Shown here one piece after another: positions 57,643 to 64,000 of a stretch of 64,000 nt of DNA. Below the pieces are notes generated by a model that was given only the letters and a program-made list of their open reading frames with translations, did not search any database and was not told the DNA's origin. Source of the DNA: an uncultured Nitrososphaerota archaeon (lineage in GTDB: Archaea; Asgardarchaeota; Njordarchaeia; Njordarchaeales; Njordarchaeaceae). Both the position numbers and the translations under genes were made by a program. The stretch covers positions 320,001 to 384,000 of the forward strand of contig CAZFGR010000001.1 in the NCBI GenBank assembly GCA_964518475.1, in the 5' to 3' direction. Every line of letters begins with the position of its first letter. The stretch's first letter is position 1.

Positions 57643-58616
57643 TTGATAACGAGCCTAGAGATTCGGAATTTCAAGTCTATAAGACATATAAGAATAGATT
57701 GTAAAAGAATTAACGTTTTTATCGGCGAGCCTAATTCTGGGAAATCCAACATCTTAAAAGCCATAGGTTTTCTCTCGTACCTCGGCTTGGGCGGTGCCCC
57801 TGAAAAATACGTGAGAACTAGGGTTTTCAGGGAGCTATTCTACGATAAGGACATTGAGCAAGAACTTGTCATAAAAGCGAATTTTGCCGAAGTCTCCGCG
57901 AAGGTGGAAGATGCTAATATAATGTTCAGATATAGGATCGATGGCCCGAATCATCTGAACGGAGAGAGGGAAGACGGCCTGTGCGTCCAGATTTTTTCGT
58001 GGAATCTTTAGGTGTTGATCAGTTGAAGTTTTTCCGTTTTTATCGTTTCTTGGGCACAATAGGGACTAGGTCTGAGCCGACTGATTATCTTTACCCTCCC
58101 TCAGGTGATAATCTCTTGGGCGTATTGTATAGCAATCCCAATTTGAGGATGCTTATCGGTAGTTTGTTTGAGAAGTTCGGGTATAAGCTTATCATTAAGC
58201 CGGATGAGAAACGGATCGAGATTTTGAAGATTATGGATGGTGTTGGCATCTCTCTTCCTCCGTATCTTGTCTCTGAGACATTGTTGAGAATGGTGTTCAA
58301 TTTTACCGTTATCGAATCTAATAAGGGAGCGGTAATAGCGCTTGAGGAACCGGAGAGCCATGCTTTCCCTTTTTATGTGAAAATGCTGGCGGAATCTATT
58401 GCCGACGATAAGGAAAATCAATATTTCATATCCACTCATAATCCCTACTTCCTCATACCTCTAGTTCAGAAAACCCCAATAAAGGATATTAACGTGGTTG
58501 TCACCAAATTCTCAAATTATGAAACAAAGGTTTACGTCGTATCTAAGGAGAAACTTTCAGAGCTCTTAGATCTTGATGTTGACGTCTTCTTTAACCTAGA
58601 GCGCCTAATAAGGTGA
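57643..58616 (+). pseudogene. ABC/AAA_21-type ATPase split by a -1 frameshift near 57960-58010
   Basis: Walker A (GEPNSGKS) in the first ORF; Walker B LEEPESHAFP and STHNP in the overlapping second ORF. Confidence 0.8.
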
Positions 58617-58620
58617 GGAG

Positions 58621-59124
58621 ATGAAAGAGATAATCGTAGAATGTGAACCAGACAAAAAACTTATCGAAACTATAGTCGAAGTTGAGAAATTGAAAACAAG
58701 AGTTGATATCGATATAATTCATGCTGGAGATAAGCCGAGAGTGCTAAAACGTACTCTCAAAATTGCAGGGTCAGTAGGAGTTATTGATGAGGATCTATGG
58801 AGCGCTCAACCATCTGCTCTTAAGAAGTTCAAAGAGATGAGCGAGGATAACGATTTGATGATAAGGATATACAAGGGACCCAATGGTTCCACTCTCGTTG
58901 AATTAAGGCCTCGTCTTGAGGAATGGTTGTTGAGATTATGTAAGCTCTTTGGGATAAACCCTAATGAATATAGCTGTCCTCCAGATTTATTCAAGAAAAT
59001 AGTTAATCAAAAACTAGATAACCTTGGGAAACTTTTAGACGAGTTGCATCGCAAATCTCAGCACCTTAAGAGGTTCCATCAACTTATGGTTGATCTCATT
59101 AGTCAAGTTTCTCCGTCAGAATAA
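58621..59124 (+). CDS. TOPRIM-like (DUF4435-like) partner of the ABC ATPase
   Basis: IIVECEPD and GVIDED acidic motifs; GAGGAG RBS directly after the ATPase stop. Confidence 0.6.
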   Translation: MKEIIVECEPDKKLIETIVEVEKLKTRVDIDIIHAGDKPRVLKRTLKIAGSVGVIDEDLWSAQPSALKKFKEMSEDNDLMIRIYKGPNGSTLVELRPRLEEWLLRLCKLFGINPNEYSCPPDLFKKIVNQKLDNLGKLLDELHRKSQHLKRFHQLMVDLISQVSPSE

Positions 59125-59641
59125 AAGGGGGCACTTCTCAAAATAGTTGAGATGTTTTGGATTATTTAGGCAAATATTATCTCTTTCCGCAACCCGGTTC
59201 TAGCCAGTTAATGCCTTTCGCGACTTTGTGGTAAAGTGCCTTTATGGGTACTCTATCCATATTTATCTGTGACCACACAGGGGAGAGATGCCTCGATGAG
59301 AGTATACCAGCTCGGTAAGCTTATAGCTATGACGTTAAGAAAAAGCTACCAATCCATTATGAACCGAATTGAGAGCAAAGTGATAGTGTAAGTGTCTAAG
59401 TTTGTCTCTAGTTATGGGGTCATAAAATTCCCTGTAATGGGTTTGTCCCAGAGGGTGTTCATCTGCAGATTGAGGCCTGATGAGCTGTGTGCCCAAGCGG
59501 CGTCTCTCGCTGATAGGTGCCCATTGAAGGGGATGATATGCGGAATGAGAGTGAGTATTTCTCAACTAAATTAAATATAACTAAATTTTGGGAATACTTA
59601 TTGGGAGTGAAAAACGTAGTGTAACATAGTAGGTGGTCTCT

Positions 59642-59845
59642 ATGCCCATAGTGCATGTTTACATGTGGAGTGGTGTTTCAAAGGAAGCCAAGATCAAGAT
59701 AATAAAGGGGATCACGAAGACTTTCGAAGAACTCGGAATACCAGCACACGCGGTTGAGGTAGTGATACACGAGATACCTAAGGAAAACTGGGGCGTAGGA
59801 GGAGAACAGGCAAGCGAGAAATTCAAGGAGACAAAACCTCCATAG
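59642..59845 (+). CDS. 4-oxalocrotonate tautomerase family protein
   Basis: N-terminal Pro (M-PIV), VVIHEIPKENWGVGG. Confidence 0.9.
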   Translation: MPIVHVYMWSGVSKEAKIKIIKGITKTFEELGIPAHAVEVVIHEIPKENWGVGGEQASEKFKETKPP

Positions 59846-60086
59846 TTTCAGGTAGCTTTCACTCCTGAATACGATGGTTGTGAGTCCTATGTTTCGACAA
59901 AATTAATCTCCACTTGTTCACAGTTCCGCGTACACCGCAATTAAAGGGCATAAAACTTTACATTTAATTTCCTCTTATATTTGGGAAAAGTCAAGTTTGG
60001 GTCTATCAGGTTGAGTGAAAAGAACTCGTTTACAATTATGAAACCTTTTGGAATTATGTGAACTATTAATGTTTAAGTGTTAAAGA

Positions 60087-60889
60087 ATGAGGAGTCAAAG
60101 ACAAACAGCATCGAGGAGAGCCACTCAACCGAAATCTTATTATTTTGCGATGCAGGCTTCTTGGGGTCTGACCAAGCATATGGGTGGGTTGAAAGCTACT
60201 AAAGAGCTGATTGAATTATGTCGCGTTAATAAAGACTCGTGGGTTCTGGAGGTTGGTTGCGGCGTCGGAATAACCGTTTGCTACATAGCAAAAGAGTATG
60301 GCTGCGAAGTGGTGGCGGTAGACATTTCCGAAGAGATGATTGAGAGGGCCAAAAAAGAGCTAAGAGAAATGGTGTTAAGGATAAAATCGAGTTTATAGTT
60401 GCGGATGCGCAAAACTGCCCTTCAAGGACAGCCTCTTCGACGCTGTTATCTGCGAGTTTCGTAATTGTCTTCATAGAGGATAAACAAGAAGCAATAAAGG
60501 AATTCAAACGAGTGGTAAAGCCTGGAGGCTACGTTGGGTTTAATGAAGTAACATGGATAGAAAACCCATTTTCAGAGCTAGTTGAGTATTTGTCCCGTGC
60601 CTTAGGCGAGGCGGAATTTCTGACCCCTGAAGGCTAGAAAAGCTTACTGAAAAAAGCCGGTTTCTCCAACATAATAGCCAGGATTTATAAAACTACGGCA
60701 TGGGGTCAGTGGATTAGCGAAATTAGAGCAATAGACATCAGAGATGTCTTGGGTGCGTGGGCCAGATTCCTAACACTACTTTTCAAGAGCCGAGAAGTGA
60801 GAGAATATGCAAGGGAAATAAGTAGGCCGCCTAAAAGTGTTTTCAGGATTTTTGACTACTTTAGCTATGGGATATACGTTAGTAAATAA
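60087..60889 (+). pseudogene. Class I SAM-dependent methyltransferase pseudogene
   Basis: VLEVGCGVG motif I; continues through frameshifts as ADAQ/LPFKDSLFDAV/KPGGYVG; in-frame TAG near 60635. Confidence 0.85.
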
Positions 60890-61119
60890 GACAGTGATCC
60901 TTCATCCAGCGTGGGCACATTTTATACACCTTAGCTTGCGATTATAACCTTCGAGAAAAATCAAGGTTGCGTGGATAGTATCTGACACATATGGACTTGT
61001 TTAGATTCGAGATTGAAAGTCGGCCAGAAAATAGAGCAATAATAGTTGACAAAAAGTCAAAATTAATAGAGCAATAATAAACAACAAACAATCAAGTACT
61101 TACTATTGGGTAAGGATCT

Positions 61120-61842
61120 ATGCGAGTTGTTGTGAAAATAGGTGGCTCTGTTCTCTGGCCCGAGAGAACTTTGGATAAGGATCGATTTATCTCGTGGGCT
61201 AAAGTCATTTGTTCTCTGGCTCAGAAAGTGGACAAATTACTTGTTGTTACTGGCGGAGGCTATATCGCGAGGGAATATATAAGGGTTTTGAGAGAGGCTG
61301 GTGGCTCCTCGTTTGAAGGGGATCTGCTGGGGATTCACGTATCTAGGGTAAACGCGTTTTTGCTCCTGAGTATTTGTAAGAACTTGTGTAAGATAAATGC
61401 ATATCCTGAGGTAATATTATCTGTCAATGATGTTCTCCGATTGATTGATTTTTATCAAGTGTTTTTCTCGGGCGGGTTCTTTCCGGGCCAATCAACAGCT
61501 GGTGTGGCTGCGGAGATAGCTGAGGCTGCGAGAGCAGATATTATCCTATTAGCTACTAACGTTGATGGTATCTATACGAGTGATCCTTTCAAGGATCCGA
61601 ACGCGAAGAAGATCCCTATAATAAGTACTCAGGAATTGCTAGAGATAATTAAGAATTACGAAGCAGAGGCCGGGACGTATAGATTAATAGATCTAAACGC
61701 GCTTAAGATTATTCAGAGAGCGAGGATCCCTGTTGTAGTATTTAATGGGAATAAACCGCAGGAAGCTGTTCAGATTATAGATCTTGTTAAGAGGAACGAC
61801 TTAAAGGCTGTGACTAAGTATGGGTCATTGATTACTCCTTAG
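61120..61842 (+). CDS. pyrH: Uridylate kinase (archaeal)
   Basis: KIGGSV, GGGYIAREYI, PGQST, TNVDGIYTSDP. Confidence 0.93.
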   Translation: MRVVVKIGGSVLWPERTLDKDRFISWAKVICSLAQKVDKLLVVTGGGYIAREYIRVLREAGGSSFEGDLLGIHVSRVNAFLLLSICKNLCKINAYPEVILSVNDVLRLIDFYQVFFSGGFFPGQSTAGVAAEIAEAARADIILLATNVDGIYTSDPFKDPNAKKIPIISTQELLEIIKNYEAEAGTYRLIDLNALKIIQRARIPVVVFNGNKPQEAVQIIDLVKRNDLKAVTKYGSLITP

Positions 61843-62128
61843 AGGTCTCTCCTATTTTTTCTAGTTTCTTAACAAGCTCTAGTAATGCCTTAACAATTGG
61901 GCTATCAGTGTTTAGTTTGAATATTTTTGCTTTCTCGCTGGATCCTACGAATCTTATTATTCCCAGTTCCCCTAATTTCTCGACTCTTGAAGATACGGCG
62001 CTGGGTGACGCGTTGATTAGCTTAGCCATCTTACTAACAGTGAAGTACTCGTTGGGGTTCTTTAGTAATTCCTCAATAATTCGTACTTGTGTAGGGGTTC
62101 TGAAAATTTGATATAGCGATATAACCAA
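61832..62128 (-). CDS. Winged-helix transcriptional regulator
   Basis: TVSKMAKLINASPSAVSSRVEKL..LGII. Confidence 0.8.
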   Translation of the reverse strand: MVISLYQIFRTPTQVRIIEELLKNPNEYFTVSKMAKLINASPSAVSSRVEKLGELGIIRFVGSSEKAKIFKLNTDSPIVKALLELVKKLEKIGETSKE

Positions 62129-62174
62129 TGTTCATCACCGTGGATATGGTATAGGTTAAAGAGGTGTTCATTTT

Positions 62175-62756
62175 TTGCAAATTAAAAACTACGAGTTACG
62201 GCTCGATAATATTGTATTCAGGAATTGCGAATTTGAGGATATCCCGCAAGTTATGTTTGTGAATAGGGCGACGCTTCCAGAGAATTATTCGAGATACACG
62301 TTTTTATCAATATGGAGATTGTATAGAGATATGTTTTTCGTTGCTATAGATTCTAAAGAGGATAGGGTTGTTGGTTATATAATGAATAAGCTTGATGATG
62401 GTCCTTCTTTTTTCGATAAATCAAGAATAGTTACTAAGGGTCATGTATTTTCGATAGGTGTGCTTAAAGAGTATAGACGTAGAGGCATCGCCACTTGCCT
62501 AATGGCTCTGGCTTTCAAAGCAATGGGTAAGAGAAACGTTCATGAGGTATTTTTAGAGGTTCGTGTAAGTAACGTGCCGGCCATAAGACTGTATGAGAAA
62601 CTCGGTATGAAAATTGTTGCTCGAATAAGTAAATATTATGCTGATGGAGAAGATGCTTATGTAATGGCTGTATTGTTTAAAGACGTTAAAACTTTCGCTG
62701 AAGAGCTAGTAGATTATCTAATCAAAAACAAAAAGGTGATCCTCGATGGCGAGTAA
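62175..62756 (+). CDS. ard1: N-terminal acetyltransferase Ard1/RimI (NAA10-like)
   Basis: LPENY, VVGYIM, GHVFSIGV, RRRGIA, LEVRVSN, YYADGEDAY. Confidence 0.9.
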   Translation: MQIKNYELRLDNIVFRNCEFEDIPQVMFVNRATLPENYSRYTFLSIWRLYRDMFFVAIDSKEDRVVGYIMNKLDDGPSFFDKSRIVTKGHVFSIGVLKEYRRRGIATCLMALAFKAMGKRNVHEVFLEVRVSNVPAIRLYEKLGMKIVARISKYYADGEDAYVMAVLFKDVKTFAEELVDYLIKNKKVILDGE

Positions 62757-64000
62757 AGAGCCAAAGAGAATAGCTATCATAGATACGGAACGCTGTAGAC
62801 CAGATAAAACAAATTACACCTGTATGCGTGTTTGTCCCCCTCAGAGAGCGGGAACCAAGGTATTCGAGATAGATGAGGAAACAAAGTTTCCGAGAATAAA
62901 TGAAGATCTATGTATTGGCTGTGGAATATGTGCTAAATATTGCGTCTTTAAGGCAATAATTATTGTGAACCTGCCGTATCCCGTTGAAAAAGAAATCATT
63001 CACAGGTATGGCCCCAACATGTTCGCATTATATAGACTGCCTATCCCTATCAGGGGGAATGTTACGGGATTGATAGGCCAGAACGCTATCGGAAAATCCA
63101 CTAGTCTCAAAATTTTAGCAGGATTATTGAAGCCTAATCTGGGCAATTACGAGAATCCACCTGATTGGGACGAGATTATAGAACGTTTCAAGGGATCTCT
63201 TCTCCAGCAATACTTCTCCAAGCTCGCTAATAAGGAATTACGAGTTGTTTACAAGCCTCAATACGTTGACATGATTCCCAAAATAATCAAGGGAACTGTG
63301 AGGAACGTATTAAAGGAGCGCGATGAAAGAGGAATAAGCGACGTTCTAATCGATGAACTAAGGCTAAGAAGCGTTCTTGATCGACCAATAAGCAAGCTTA
63401 GCGGGGGAGAACTTCAGAAACTGGCCATAGCAGTCGCCATGGAAAAAGACGCTGACGTCTACCTATTTGATGAGCCTTCATCATATCTAGATGTGCTTGA
63501 AAGGATGCGGGTGGCGAAGGCTATAAGAGAGTTAGCGGAGAAGAACCAGAAATATGTTCTAGTTGCTGAACATGATTTAGCAATTCTCGACTACATAAGC
63601 GACTATGTTTGTATATACTACGGAGAACCAAATGCTTATGGGATAGTATCCAAGCCTCGAAGCGTAAGGGACGGCATCAATATCTTCTTGGAGGGGTACA
63701 TTCCTGACGAGAATGTGAGATTCAGGGCTTCACCGATAAGATTCACGGTATGGGCTCCAGTTGATGAATCTGTCAAGAAAGAAGTACTGCTAACCTATCC
63801 AAAACTCAGGAAATCCTTTAACGGTTTCGTACTAGAAGTGAATCCAGGAGAACTAAGAAAAGGTGAAGTGATAGGTATTCTAGGGCCTAATGGGATCGGG
63901 AAAACAACGTTTGTAAAACTGATTGCAGGTATTTTGCGACCAGATGAAGGATATGATTGGGAATTGCCTTCGCAATTGGAGATATCCTATAAGCCGCAAT
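62746..64000 (+). CDS. rli: Ribosome recycling ATPase ABCE1/Rli1 (3'-truncated; absent from ORF track)
   Basis: MASKEPKRIAIID..C..CP, CIGCGIC, HRYGPN.F.LYRLP, GQNAIGKST, LSGGELQK, DEPSSYLD, GPNGIGKT. Confidence 0.95.
   Translation, partial: MASKEPKRIAIIDTERCRPDKTNYTCMRVCPPQRAGTKVFEIDEETKFPRINEDLCIGCGICAKYCVFKAIIIVNLPYPVEKEIIHRYGPNMFALYRLPIPIRGNVTGLIGQNAIGKSTSLKILAGLLKPNLGNYENPPDWDEIIERFKGSLLQQYFSKLANKELRVVYKPQYVDMIPKIIKGTVRNVLKERDERGISDVLIDELRLRSVLDRPISKLSGGELQKLAIAVAMEKDADVYLFDEPSSYLDVLERMRVAKAIRELAEKNQKYVLVAEHDLAILDYISDYVCIYYGEPNAYGIVSKPRSVRDGINIFLEGYIPDENVRFRASPIRFTVWAPVDESVKKEVLLTYPKLRKSFNGFVLEVNPGELRKGEVIGILGPNGIGKTTFVKLIAGILRPDEGYDWELPSQLEISYKPQ

Noticed and set aside
60633-60640. In-frame TAG in the methyltransferase as pyrrolysine or read-through
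   Set aside because: The same gene has several frameshifts; a TGG-to-TAG decay mutation is simpler.
56242-61100. Integrated provirus or plasmid at tRNA-Leu
   Set aside because: No integrase, replication or structural genes, and no duplicated tRNA fragment; called only an accessory island.

Overview
Archaeal chromosomal window, AT-rich with a thermophile-like proteome. The gene content (histone, longin- and uDENN-like proteins, a WBP1/OST48-like protein, long Rpb5-type RpoH, DUF1512, EndA with a crenarchaeal-type loop) suggests an Asgard-like (possibly Njordarchaeia) or deep TACK lineage; this assignment is inference. Most of the window is housekeeping: valS, hisS, ribosomal proteins, topoisomerase IA, Topo VI-A, an A/V-type ATPase cluster split by top6A, Lhr plus metallophosphoesterase, MtaB, EndA, Pelota, PyrH, Ard1 and ABCE1. 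The ORF track misses a substantial non-coding layer. (i) Six box C/D guide sRNAs. Two of them (25.3 kb and 36.4 kb, minus strand) carry the same pair of target regions, the 16S 3' end/anti-SD and the central-pseudoknot strand, and one guides the 23S A-loop U2552 equivalent. (ii) Six tRNAs, of which three class II tRNAs have non-canonical 30/31 introns with BHB motifs and one has a canonical intron. (iii) A probable replication origin with inverted ORB elements at 55.5-56.1 kb, lacking an adjacent cdc6 and flanked by a winged-helix gene and tRNA-Leu. A small, decaying accessory island follows (56.4-61.1 kb) with a PIN toxin-antitoxin module, a frameshifted ABC-ATPase plus TOPRIM-like pair, and a methyltransferase pseudogene. 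All family assignments come from motif recognition; no database searches were run.
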